Virus record (IMG/VR): IMGVR_UViG_3300042934_000398
Location: 35,444 to 99,443 of that record
DNA length: 64,000 nt
Direction: 5' to 3' (one strand)
From: a virus
Under the pieces are notes generated by a model. The model made no database searches. It saw nothing but the letters and a program-made list of their open reading frames with translations, and was not told where the DNA came from. Position 1 is the first letter of the stretch; each line of letters starts with the position of its first letter. Position numbers and translations under genes: made by a program. This document shows, piece by piece, positions 1 through 9,368 of this stretch.

Positions 1-1
1 A

Positions 2-727
2 GAAGGAAATGAAGAAAAAACTGACAAAACAGAAGAAGAATGGATTTGGGTAGAAGGTTATAAAGGTACAGATAAAGACATGAAGTGCCGTGATATGCAA
101 TATGAGTTAAATAAGACGTATGAACACGAAGGTAAAATTGAATTATGTGAATCAGGGTTTCACTTCTGTAAAGAATTAAGTAATGTTTTTGGATACTATT
201 CATTAGATAATGGTAATAGATTTTTCAAGGTAAAATGTCTAGTAATTAAAGATAAATGGGAGTCGGGCGACAATAAATTCACTGCCAAAGAAATTATTTT
301 TACAGAAGAATTAGGATATAAAGAATTAGAAAAATTTATTATTAAAAAATATTCATTTGTACATAACAAAAATGAATGGAATGAACTAAGTGAAATTGGT
401 ATTAAGAAATTTTACAGAAAGTATTTTATGAGTATTATGTCAGATGCTGGTTATGGAGAAACATTTTCTAATATCTTATATGATGATATAAATAAGAAAA
501 TCGAAGAAATAGAGTCTGAAAATAAGAGAAGATACATAGAGGCAAATTCTTATAGTAACATATATTATCCAAACCAATATATTTCAAAGCCTGTAAGAAA
601 TCCATTTTATATTTATGAGCCATCATATGATTATACTAGATTCGACGAATTGATTAATAAAGTAAAAGCATTTCAAGAAGAGGGATTATCAAAAGATATG
701 TCGGTTTATTTACTACTGAAAAGGTAA
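2..727 (+). CDS. Phage hypothetical protein (DUF7666-like N-terminal region), 5' truncated by the window
   Basis: Frame is open from base 2 (EGNEEK...WVEGYKGTDKDMKCR); GYKG...C.SGFHFC motif common in phage proteins. Confidence 0.7.
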   Translation, partial: EGNEEKTDKTEEEWIWVEGYKGTDKDMKCRDMQYELNKTYEHEGKIELCESGFHFCKELSNVFGYYSLDNGNRFFKVKCLVIKDKWESGDNKFTAKEIIFTEELGYKELEKFIIKKYSFVHNKNEWNELSEIGIKKFYRKYFMSIMSDAGYGETFSNILYDDINKKIEEIESENKRRYIEANSYSNIYYPNQYISKPVRNPFYIYEPSYDYTRFDELINKVKAFQEEGLSKDMSVYLLLKR

Positions 728-767
728 TCAAAAGCGCATTTCATTTGGAATTTGAAAGGAGAGAATA

Positions 768-833
768 ATGAGGAAATTAGCAAGTGTTAAAGTAGTAAGT
801 GATATGATGCCAATTGAAGGAATGTGGATGTAA
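768..833 (+). pseudogene. Orphan 5' remnant of an RNA ligase gene (MRKLASVKVVSDMMPIEG)
   Basis: Strong RBS GAAAGGAG; peptide parallels the N-terminus MRKLAHIEKIEWLSPI of the intact ligase at 1428. Confidence 0.7.
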
Positions 834-1450
834 TGGGTAAATATAGTGGTTTAAAAATTGGTGATAAATACAATAATTGGACTGTTGATTCAGAATGTTA
901 CAAAGACAAGAACGGTTCTGATGTTTACATGTGCAACTGTATTTGTGGAGAAAGAAAGCAAGTAGAAGGAAAGGCTTTAATTCTTGAAAGAAGTAAATCA
1001 TGTGGGTGTATAAAAAGAGTAAATGCCGAAGAACAAAAGAAACGCATTAAGGAATATAAAGCAAAATATTTTCAGGAAAACAAAGATAAAATTTATAAAA
1101 GAACTATTAATAATCAAAGATTACAAAGAGAAAAAGATATATAAGAATTTGGTATAGATAGGTATTCTTTAAAAAGTAGATATAATATTTCACTTGAACA
1201 ATATAAAGATTTATTAGATAAACAAAATAACAAATGTTGCTTGTGTAATGTCTTATTTGATAAAGAAGATAATTCAAAAAGACCATGTATCGATCATAAC
1301 CATGAAACACAAATTATACGCGGAATCATATGTAAGAATTGTAATTCTGCACTTGGTATGTTTAAGGATAATACTTTAGTTATGAAAAATGCAATAGAAT
1401 ATTTAGAAAGAGATGGTATATATAATGATGAGAAAATTAGCGCATATTGA
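833..1450 (+). pseudogene. Endonuclease VII-family homing endonuclease with an internal TAA at 1142-1144
   Basis: ORFs 824-1144 and 1241-1450 share a frame; read-through gives CxCG...SKSCGC followed by KYNISLEQY-like stretch, CCLC, IDHNH, RGIICKNCNSALG. Confidence 0.8.
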
Positions 1451-2507
1451 AAAAATTGAATGGTTAAGTCCTATTAAAGATAGGGATAAAATTGAATTAG
1501 TAGGGGTTTCTGGTTGGCAATGCATAGTAAAAAAAGGGGAATTTAATATTGGTGATAAATGCTGTTACATAGAAATTGATAGTGTAATGCCAGAGACTGA
1601 ACAATTTGAATTTCTAAGAAGTAAAAAGTTTAGAATTAAAACTATGAAGATGGCAGGAGTAATCAGTCAGGGTATTTGTTTCCCATTAAGTATTTTGCCA
1701 GAAGGTGATTATGAATTAGATCAAGATGTTACTGAGATTTTGGGAATTAAACAGTATGAAGAAACAATGGACATTGAAAGAAATGCACCAGCATCATCAG
1801 ATAGTAAAAAGAAATATCCTAATTTCTTAATGAAATTTAATTGGTTTAGAAAGTTGGTATTACCAAAGAAACAAGCTAAAGGATTTCCAGAATTTATTAG
1901 TAAAACAGATGAAACTAGAATTCAGAATGCACCATTTTATTTACAAAACAAAAACGAATGGACAGCAACAGAAAAGGTTGATGGTCAATCAGGAACGTTC
2001 TTTTTAAGAAAAGAAAAATGTAAACGAATATTTAAAAAGACTACATATGAGTTTGGAGTATGCTCTAGAAATCTTAGAATCTGGAATGAAGATAGTTCTT
2101 CATATTGGACTGTAGCTAAGAAGTATAATATTAAACAAGTGTTATTAAATAATATTGGTGATAATGAGTTTATGGCTATTCAAGGTGAATGTATAGCTGC
2201 TAATGTACAAGGAAATAAATACAAGGTTACTGCGCCAGATTTATATGTGTTCAATGTATTAACTCCAAATGGAAGATTAGGCTCTGTAGAAGCAAAAGAA
2301 TGGGCTGAACAGAATGGATTGAAATTTGTACCTATAATTGATGAACATTATATCTTACCTGATAGTGTAAAAGAAATATTAGCATATGCACATGGAGAAA
2401 GTAAATTATATCCAACATTAAGAGAAGGTATCGTGTTTAGAAGTAAAGATGGAAAACAGAGTTTTAAGGCAGTTGATCCACTTTTCTTACTAAAACATGA
2501 TGAATAA
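1425..2507 (+). CDS. RNA ligase, DRB0094/Rnl family
   Basis: MRKLA N-terminal OB-like region, KTDETRIQN, EKVDG adenylation motif, GEC, REGIV, SFKA. Confidence 0.9.
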   Translation: MMRKLAHIEKIEWLSPIKDRDKIELVGVSGWQCIVKKGEFNIGDKCCYIEIDSVMPETEQFEFLRSKKFRIKTMKMAGVISQGICFPLSILPEGDYELDQDVTEILGIKQYEETMDIERNAPASSDSKKKYPNFLMKFNWFRKLVLPKKQAKGFPEFISKTDETRIQNAPFYLQNKNEWTATEKVDGQSGTFFLRKEKCKRIFKKTTYEFGVCSRNLRIWNEDSSSYWTVAKKYNIKQVLLNNIGDNEFMAIQGECIAANVQGNKYKVTAPDLYVFNVLTPNGRLGSVEAKEWAEQNGLKFVPIIDEHYILPDSVKEILAYAHGESKLYPTLREGIVFRSKDGKQSFKAVDPLFLLKHDE

Positions 2508-2552
2508 TACTATAAGATCATTCTTTGAATCGGTTTTGAGAAAGGGGTAAAT

Positions 2553-2816
2553 ATGACAGAAGAAAATAAGAAAAGATGTAGAGAAGAAATTGAGTTAAGA
2601 AACTGGAATAAGTTAGGGATTATTGAACCAAATGTATCACCTTTAGTATGGAATAAAGAAGTTGAATTAATGTATGAGGATATGGATGGGCAACCATGTA
2701 GATGTAATGCAATTTATGTTCATAATAGTTTTGGTTCAGATTATTTTCAAGCGACAAATGGGATGGCTAAAGGGAATCGTATGAGTAGTTGTATCGCTTA
2801 TAGAGAATTAAAATAA
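2553..2816 (+). CDS. Hypothetical protein
   Basis: ORF with RBS. Confidence 0.65.
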   Translation: MTEENKKRCREEIELRNWNKLGIIEPNVSPLVWNKEVELMYEDMDGQPCRCNAIYVHNSFGSDYFQATNGMAKGNRMSSCIAYRELK

Positions 2817-2835
2817 ACTTATAGAGGTAGATAGT

Positions 2836-3072
2836 ATGAAATATTATTACAGTGAAGACCTGATAAATATTATTATGATATGTAATCAAGATGAAAGTGA
2901 TATAAATAATATTGTTGCTCAAAGCCTTATAAAGAGATGTGAAAAAGCAATGGCTTGTAGTGATATAAAAATACGTTTTACTAAAAGAGATAGAGATTTT
3001 CTTTTGGATAAAATGTGGAAAGATATAGATGAAAATGCTAGGTTTACAATTATGCGAATTATGGGAGTGTAG
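2836..3072 (+). CDS. Hypothetical protein
   Basis: ORF with GAGGT RBS. Confidence 0.6.
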   Translation: MKYYYSEDLINIIMICNQDESDINNIVAQSLIKRCEKAMACSDIKIRFTKRDRDFLLDKMWKDIDENARFTIMRIMGV

Positions 3073-3115
3073 ACACAATAATAATTTAAATAAAGTAGAC
3101 TTATAAGGAGGATTT

Positions 3116-3292
3116 ATGAGTAGTGATTTTAAAGATAGACTTTTAAAACGATCAGATAATAATTGTGAAAATGTTTTAGATAACCATGATGTAGATGACT
3201 ATTATGAGGACGAAAATAACTACAATGATGATGATTGGAACGAATACGTAAATGACTATTATGAGAATTATGTAGCAAAATATTCGGATTAA
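3116..3292 (+). CDS. Small acidic protein (58 aa), not in ORF track
   Basis: AAGGAGG RBS; MSSDFKDRLL...DDYYEDENNYNDDDWNE. Confidence 0.65.
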   Translation: MSSDFKDRLLKRSDNNCENVLDNHDVDDYYEDENNYNDDDWNEYVNDYYENYVAKYSD

Positions 3293-3337
3293 TTACGATG
3301 AAACTATACTTTGATAGGAAAATGAAAGGAGAAATAA

Positions 3338-3733
3338 ATGAAATTTGAAAGTAAATTTGAGTTAGGACAGCAAGTATGGGGTACAGTTATTAATGATAAA
3401 AGTACATATGAACCAGTGGAATGTGATTTATGTGATAGCACAGGGTTTGTCATCGTAAAAGGGAAAGATGTAGAATACATTTGCCCTCAATGTTTTGGAG
3501 ACAAACAATATAAGAAATTAGGTAAAGAAATGACAATCTGCAAAACTGGTAAAATAGGCAAAATATGTGTAGAACAGTATGATAGTCAATATAAAAATAC
3601 AAGTGGAACAAAATATATGATCGACAAAACAGGAGTAGGAAGTGGAACTGTGTGGCGTGAAGAAGAATTATTTGCATCCGAAGAAGAAGCTCAAAGGGCT
3701 TGCGATGAATTTAATAAAAACAATTTACTATAA
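3338..3733 (+). CDS. Hypothetical protein with CxxC...CPxC zinc motif
   Basis: RBS; CDLCDSTG and CPQCFG. Confidence 0.7.
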   Translation: MKFESKFELGQQVWGTVINDKSTYEPVECDLCDSTGFVIVKGKDVEYICPQCFGDKQYKKLGKEMTICKTGKIGKICVEQYDSQYKNTSGTKYMIDKTGVGSGTVWREEELFASEEEAQRACDEFNKNNLL

Positions 3734-3771
3734 AGGACGAATTTTATCGTGAAATAGAAGGGATGTGACAG

Positions 3772-4962
3772 ATAATATATAAAACAAAAATAATACCAGT
3801 TAAGTGTAGCAAAACTGATTATCATTATTTATTGAGACTGAACAAATTGTCAGCCGAAGTTTGGAATTATTGCGTGAAGATTGATAAAGAATATTATACA
3901 AATAATAAAAAATATATGGATATGAGAACTATACAAACAGCAGTTAAGTGTTATAACAATCTTCACGCAAAAGGAATTTACTATGTTTATAGAAAGTATA
4001 TGTTTGCAAGAGATTCAATGTTTAGGTCAATTAAAGCAAAGCATGATACAAGCAATAAAGTAAAATTACCTTATAAGAAAAAGAAGTATTTTAATACAGG
4101 TTGGGATTATCAAAGTATTAAATATGATTTTGAGAAAGGATTGATAAAATTATCAAGACCAATATCGCATGATGAAAATGGTAAGAAAATAAACAATCCA
4201 CCTGTCAAATGTTATACAAAAAACATTCCACAAGATATTAAAGAGATTGAATTGGTATATCGTAATGGATTATATTTAGTAATTAAATATAAGGAAGAAG
4301 ATATACAACAATTAATTCAATCCAATAATTCAGCGGCTATTGATCTTGGAGAAATACATAGCATTACATCTATAGATAATAATGGACATGCAATAATTAT
4401 TACTGGAAGAAAATTAAGAAGTATCAAGAGGTTAAGAGATAAAGAACAAGGTAAATTAAGAAGTAAAATGTCGAAATGTAAAAAGCATAGTAAACAATAT
4501 AAGACATATAGAAATGCATTATGGAATTTAAAGTATAAGACAGAAAGGCAGATATTTGACTGTGTTCATAAGATATCAAAATTATATCTCGATTACTGCT
4601 TAGAGAATAATATTTCTAAAGTTTACTATGGTGATTTAGACAACTGCACTCGAAATTCATCTGAAAAGATTGGTAAAATGGTTGGTCAGAAATTAAACGA
4701 ATGGAACTATGGAGAACTCACTTTACAGCTACGAAACAAATTGGAACGATATGGAATAGAAATGATAAAAGTAAGTGAAGCATATAGTTCTCAGACCTGT
4801 CCTCATTGTGGAAAGCGTCACAAGCCAAATTCTCGTAACTATGATTATAGGTGTGGTTATCATCAGCACAGAGATTTGGTAGGAGCAATAAACATTCTTA
4901 ATTTCAATGAAGACATTAAACAAGAATATCATACAAGTTTTAAGTATCTACGGATAGAGTAA
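3772..4962 (+). CDS. tnpB: Solo TnpB RNA-guided endonuclease (IS200/IS605/IS607 superfamily), no TnpA
   Basis: RuvC-I AAIDLG, YYGDL plus VSEAYSSQTCPHC (rearranged catalytic Glu), RuvC-III HRDLVGAINI; frame open back to ATA at 3772. Confidence 0.9.
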   Translation: MIYKTKIIPVKCSKTDYHYLLRLNKLSAEVWNYCVKIDKEYYTNNKKYMDMRTIQTAVKCYNNLHAKGIYYVYRKYMFARDSMFRSIKAKHDTSNKVKLPYKKKKYFNTGWDYQSIKYDFEKGLIKLSRPISHDENGKKINNPPVKCYTKNIPQDIKEIELVYRNGLYLVIKYKEEDIQQLIQSNNSAAIDLGEIHSITSIDNNGHAIIITGRKLRSIKRLRDKEQGKLRSKMSKCKKHSKQYKTYRNALWNLKYKTERQIFDCVHKISKLYLDYCLENNISKVYYGDLDNCTRNSSEKIGKMVGQKLNEWNYGELTLQLRNKLERYGIEMIKVSEAYSSQTCPHCGKRHKPNSRNYDYRCGYHQHRDLVGAINILNFNEDIKQEYHTSFKYLRIE

Positions 4963-5045
4963 TCTAAAGTAGTAGATGGCTAGGTTGGAGTCCTAAGTAG
5001 TCCGTTGTAATTTGACGAGAAATTTTCAGTAATGAAAAAGCCAAC
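4950..5045 (+). ncRNA. Putative omegaRNA scaffold of TnpB
   Basis: GC-richer non-coding stretch at and after the tnpB 3' end, the expected omegaRNA position; boundaries approximate. Confidence 0.45.
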
Positions 5046-5087
5046 CAAATATAATTTTGATTTGATTAGAAGAAATGAGGTGATTTT

Positions 5088-5501
5088 ACGATATTTTATT
5101 GTCCAAAATGCAAGAAGTTAGATATTAATTTTAAAATGAATTCAGACATTCCACATGTAGTAAACATCAGAGATGGTTACGGACACCCTCTTTATCATAT
5201 GAAGTGTGAATGTGGAAATTATCTATCAGCAGGAATCCATTTTACAAAGGAAGAAGTAGAAAAGGATTCTGGTTTACTTGATTATATTAAAGAGGTTATC
5301 ACTGGTTATAACAAAGATGGATGTTTTTATATGGATGGCTATTATAAATATGTGGAAGATAGAATAAACAAGATAGAACAACGAAATAAAGAAGTATTAG
5401 AAGAACGAGCAAGAATTTCTGTTATGAGTGAATTAGAAAAGAAAGAATATTTTGAAAAGAAATATGAAGAAATGATGAAACGGCTAGGAGAGGAGAAATA
5501 A
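5088..5501 (+). CDS. Hypothetical zinc-binding protein; probable ACG/ATA start
   Basis: Frame extends 5' of the tracked ATG to IFYCPKC, pairing with CECG; SD GAGGTGA. Confidence 0.65.
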   Translation, partial: TIFYCPKCKKLDINFKMNSDIPHVVNIRDGYGHPLYHMKCECGNYLSAGIHFTKEEVEKDSGLLDYIKEVITGYNKDGCFYMDGYYKYVEDRINKIEQRNKEVLEERARISVMSELEKKEYFEKKYEEMMKRLGEEK

Positions 5502-5502
5502 T

Positions 5503-5799
5503 ATGGAAAGATTAACTAAGATTACGACAAGTGGATTTGATAATAAGAAAGTTGACACAGAAGATTATAGCGTATATGAATTATTACAAATGGTATTAGG
5601 CAAGTTGGCAGCATATGAAGATACAAATTTAATGCCTGATGAAGTGGAAGAACTACAAGGACGAATTGAACATTTGCAAAAATTCTATGATTACTTTTGC
5701 GAATTATATGGTACAGGTTTAGATGTCGCTAACTGGCATTTAAATGGAGATCTAGAACCGTTTGATAACTTTTTCGATAGTGCGGAAGAGTCAGAATAA
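5503..5799 (+). CDS. Phage protein (MERLT...KLAAYED family)
   Basis: Common phage motif; paralogue at 35166. Confidence 0.7.
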   Translation: MERLTKITTSGFDNKKVDTEDYSVYELLQMVLGKLAAYEDTNLMPDEVEELQGRIEHLQKFYDYFCELYGTGLDVANWHLNGDLEPFDNFFDSAEESE

Positions 5800-5842
5800 A
5801 TGTGACATTTTATTATGATATTTAATAAGAAAAGGAGATAAT

Positions 5843-6334
5843 ATGAGACAAATAAGAAGAAATGTATTTGAAACAAATTCAAGCAGCACACATAGTATTT
5901 GTATTACCAGTAGAGATAAGTTATTAAATATTCCTAAATCAATCCACTTTAGATTAGGTGAATTTGGATTGGAATGTGAAAATTATCATGATAGCTCATC
6001 TAAAGCAGAGTATCTATATACAGCAATTATGTGTTGTGAAAGAACAAAACTATTAGAAAAGATTAAAGAATACTTAGATAAAAATGGAGTTGAGTATTCG
6101 TTTGATGAACCAAGATATTATACAGGAACATATGGCACATGGATTGATAACGCAAGTATTGACCATACAGAAGATTTACCAGAAATTATTAATGATATTT
6201 GTGGCGATGAAGTTAAGTTGCTTAGATATTTATTTTCAGAAGAAAGCTTTGTTTTAACAGGAAATGATAATGATGACGAAGATGTAGATATTAACGTTGA
6301 CTATGAACATGTAGAATATTATAAAGGAAATTAG
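5843..6334 (+). CDS. FETNSSSTHS-motif protein 1
   Basis: N-terminal MRQIRRNVFETNSSSTHSI; strong RBS. Confidence 0.8.
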   Translation: MRQIRRNVFETNSSSTHSICITSRDKLLNIPKSIHFRLGEFGLECENYHDSSSKAEYLYTAIMCCERTKLLEKIKEYLDKNGVEYSFDEPRYYTGTYGTWIDNASIDHTEDLPEIINDICGDEVKLLRYLFSEESFVLTGNDNDDEDVDINVDYEHVEYYKGN

Positions 6335-6347
6335 GAGGATAAATAAT

Positions 6348-6734
6348 ATGAAACAGATTAGACGTGGAGTTTTTGAAACAAATAGTAGTAGTACTCATTC
6401 AATTACAATGTGTTTAAAATCCGATTATGATAGATGGGTAAAAGGTGAGATTCTTTTATTTAAAGGAAGCGGATGGTCATTTGAAGAAGGATATAAACCA
6501 CAAAAGAATAATTTTTATACAAGAGCTGAAGCCATTGAGTTTATGAAACATGATAAGTATTGTTCTAATGATACTAATTGGGACGACAACGATGCGGTAG
6601 ATGAAATACTTAGAGAAAATGAGTTTGTAGATTCTGATTATGAAAATGACGAATTAGAATGGTACGAAGAAACATACATCACACCATCAGGAGAAGAAGT
6701 AATTGCTTTTGGTGAATACGGATATCAGGGTTAA
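6348..6734 (+). CDS. FETNSSSTHS-motif protein 2
   Basis: N-terminal MKQIRRGVFETNSSSTHSI; strong RBS. Confidence 0.8.
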   Translation: MKQIRRGVFETNSSSTHSITMCLKSDYDRWVKGEILLFKGSGWSFEEGYKPQKNNFYTRAEAIEFMKHDKYCSNDTNWDDNDAVDEILRENEFVDSDYENDELEWYEETYITPSGEEVIAFGEYGYQG

Positions 6735-6748
6735 GAGGAGAGAATAAT

Positions 6749-7648
6749 ATGAGACAATTGGGAATGTACATAAACGGTAATTATAAAGTAAAGATATTTA
6801 GTGATGGAACAAAGGTAAGAGAAACAAATGAAAATGAGTTTATCGCTGCATTCCCTGAGAATATGGATGTAAAGATAACAAATCAATGTGATATGGGATG
6901 CATCTTCTGTCATGAAGATAGTAAGATTGATGGAAAACATGGAGATATTCTTAATCAAATATTTATTAATACTTTGCACCCATATACTGAAATGGCAATA
7001 GGTGGTGGTAATCCATTATCTCATCCAGACTTAATTCCTTTCTTAGAGAAGCTAAAAGTGAAGAAGATTATTGCAAACATTACAGTTAATCAAGTTCATT
7101 TTGAAACTAGTCAAGAATTAATTAAGAAGTTGGTTAATGAAAAGTTGATTTATGGACTAGGTGTGTCTCTTGTAGATGCTTCAAAAGGATTTGTAGAGTT
7201 GATTAAGCAATATGATAATGCTGTAATTCATGTTATTAATGGAGTTTTGAAACCTTCTGATATTGAAGTTTTAAAAGACAATGATTTAAAAATGCTTATT
7301 CTTGGATACAAACACTTTAGAAGAGGTATTAGTTGGTATGAAGTAAGACAGGACGATATTACAACAAAACAGGAATGGCTATATAAAAATCTAGCAGAAA
7401 TCACAAAGCAGTTTAAAGTAGTTAGTTTCGATAATCTAGCGATTGAGCAACTTAATGTAAAAAGATTGATGAGCGAGAAAGATTGGAATGAGTTTTATAT
7501 GGGAGATGACGGCATGTACACCATGTATGTTGATCTTGTTAATCAGAATTTTGCTAGATGTTCAGTGGCAGAAAAAAGATATGGGTTACTAGATAATATT
7601 GAAGATATGTTTAACATAGTTAGAGATGAAAAACTGGCAATGAAATAG
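6749..7648 (+). CDS. Radical SAM protein
   Basis: CxxxCxxC (CDMGCIFC), GGGNPLSHPD. Confidence 0.9.
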   Translation: MRQLGMYINGNYKVKIFSDGTKVRETNENEFIAAFPENMDVKITNQCDMGCIFCHEDSKIDGKHGDILNQIFINTLHPYTEMAIGGGNPLSHPDLIPFLEKLKVKKIIANITVNQVHFETSQELIKKLVNEKLIYGLGVSLVDASKGFVELIKQYDNAVIHVINGVLKPSDIEVLKDNDLKMLILGYKHFRRGISWYEVRQDDITTKQEWLYKNLAEITKQFKVVSFDNLAIEQLNVKRLMSEKDWNEFYMGDDGMYTMYVDLVNQNFARCSVAEKRYGLLDNIEDMFNIVRDEKLAMK

Positions 7649-7679
7649 AAAACTTATTTGCTTTTGGAAAGGAAGATAT

Positions 7680-7847
7680 ATGACCATTAAAGATTTATAT
7701 GTTTATGCTCAAGAACGAGGTATTGAAAACTGCGAAGTAGAAATTCAATATGCTGATGGCGGTGGATGTTATCATGGTACAAGAGATTTAAATGAGCACG
7801 ATATAGAAGTAAAAGAAGAAAGTTATGGTAAGATAGTTGTTTTGTAA
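7680..7847 (+). CDS. Small hypothetical protein (55 aa), not in ORF track
   Basis: GAAAGGA RBS; MTIKDLYVYAQERG. Confidence 0.6.
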   Translation: MTIKDLYVYAQERGIENCEVEIQYADGGGCYHGTRDLNEHDIEVKEESYGKIVVL

Positions 7848-7893
7848 AAATAGAATAAATTCGATATTCGATTAAGAAAGGAGAGTTATTATA

Positions 7894-8064
7894 ATGGAAA
7901 ATGATAAATGTGTATTCTTTAGTAAAGATGATTTCAGTGAAGAATCATGGGAAATACTTTGTTCAGAGTTTGAAGTAGATTCAGAACAATCAAGTTTTTG
8001 TGGACATATTATTGTAGAGGAAGATGATTCATTTGACTTGGATGATGACGATGATGAAGAGTAA
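7894..8064 (+). CDS. Very acidic 56-aa protein, not in ORF track
   Basis: AAGGAG RBS; 23 of 56 residues D/E. Confidence 0.6.
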   Translation: MENDKCVFFSKDDFSEESWEILCSEFEVDSEQSSFCGHIIVEEDDSFDLDDDDDEE

Positions 8065-8124
8065 TAAATAATATTAGACAACAAAACAAGTGATTGATGT
8101 TCTTATTGGAAAGGAGGAGTTGCC

Positions 8125-8367
8125 ATGATGTCGTCATCTTTTACAGCAGGTGGTAGGTTATTTTGCTCTTATTGCGGCAAAGAAATGCTTAATTGTAAGT
8201 GTAATTGTGAAAAAGCTAAAAAGGATATCGAAATTCAAAACGATATATTTATAAGTCAAGAAAATTTAAGAATTTTAATTTCAGAGAGACTTTCGGAAAA
8301 AGATATTAGAAAAATACAGATTGAAGAAGATATTAAAGCATTAAATAATGAACTTAAATCATTATAA
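8125..8367 (+). CDS. Hypothetical Cys-rich protein
   Basis: AAGGAGG RBS; CSYC...CKCNC. Confidence 0.65.
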   Translation: MMSSSFTAGGRLFCSYCGKEMLNCKCNCEKAKKDIEIQNDIFISQENLRILISERLSEKDIRKIQIEEDIKALNNELKSL

Positions 8368-8405
8368 ATTGAGCCTTTTATCGACTTTGGAAAGGAGTAA
8401 TTAAA

Positions 8406-8672
8406 ATGTGTACTGAGAAACAAAATGGTTATCAACCAACAAATAAAGTATCAGGATGTGTACCACCTTCAAATGGTTCAGTTTTTGATGTTAATTCAGA
8501 CGATAAGACATGTGACAATTGTATCAAATCTGACGTTTGTAATATAAAAGAAGATATAATCAAATCGACTGAAGATATCTTTAAAATTGTTAATAGTATA
8601 GAGGATAAAATAAAAGTTTCTATTTCTTGTAATAAGTTTGCAGCAAAAAATAAATATACAGGAATAAGATAA
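8406..8672 (+). CDS. Hypothetical protein
   Basis: RBS; CDNC...C motif. Confidence 0.65.
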   Translation: MCTEKQNGYQPTNKVSGCVPPSNGSVFDVNSDDKTCDNCIKSDVCNIKEDIIKSTEDIFKIVNSIEDKIKVSISCNKFAAKNKYTGIR

Positions 8673-8717
8673 AGTTTACTAATTTTCAAATTAAATACAA
8701 ATAATATCAAACAAGTA

Positions 8718-8746
8718 TTGACAATATATAAATAATAATATACAAT
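8718..8746 (+). promoter_or_regulatory. SigA-type promoter
   Basis: TTGACA-N17-TACAAT; spacer contains the AAATAATAATATAC repeat. Confidence 0.75.
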
Positions 8747-8780
8747 AAACAAGTAGCAAGCGATTGGTTAGTTTTGGAAG

Positions 8781-9062
8781 GTGGTGAGAGATATAACAAG
8801 GAGCAGATTACCTACATATAAACAAATTGAAAAGATGATAGACGAAGAGATAATTAAGAATCCAATTTCAGATACAAATGGTATTAATCCTGTAGTATTT
8901 GAACCAAACAAAAAATATACTCACTTAATTAAACTTGATTATGAGAAGAAATTGGATAGCATTGAAATTATTAGTTCAGAAATAAGACGAGCAGTATTTG
9001 AAGAATATTTTAATGCATGTATCAAAGTAATAGGAGAAATGAATCAGTTAATAAAACATTAA
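8781..9062 (+). CDS. Hypothetical protein
   Basis: ORF downstream of promoter. Confidence 0.55.
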   Translation: MVRDITRSRLPTYKQIEKMIDEEIIKNPISDTNGINPVVFEPNKKYTHLIKLDYEKKLDSIEIISSEIRRAVFEEYFNACIKVIGEMNQLIKH

Positions 9063-9107
9063 ATATAAATAATAATAAACATATAAAAGAAAAGGAGAAT
9101 ACATATT

Positions 9108-9368
9108 ATGATTATTACAGTAACAAATCCATTCAAATCAATGTATATTGAAGATGCAGAAGGTTCTTTAAGAATTGATGAAGGTATGAAGATTAAATTC
9201 GTAGCAGAAACAGGTGAAGTAATTAGTGGTACATTAACTAAGATTTCTGGCAAAGGTGAGAAAACAAAATTACAGATTATTCCTTATGGAGCACAGAAAG
9301 AAGAAATTTGGGCATTGACTGTTATGCAAGAGTCATCACTAGGTATAGATGAGGATGTTTGTGATTGA
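9108..9368 (+). CDS. Hypothetical protein
   Basis: Strong RBS. Confidence 0.7.
   Translation: MIITVTNPFKSMYIEDAEGSLRIDEGMKIKFVAETGEVISGTLTKISGKGEKTKLQIIPYGAQKEEIWALTVMQESSLGIDEDVCD

Noticed and set aside
834-1427. Group I intron in the RNA ligase gene
   Set aside because: The downstream ligase ORF has its own complete N-terminus, and the interval is filled by the nuclease ORF with no room for a ribozyme core
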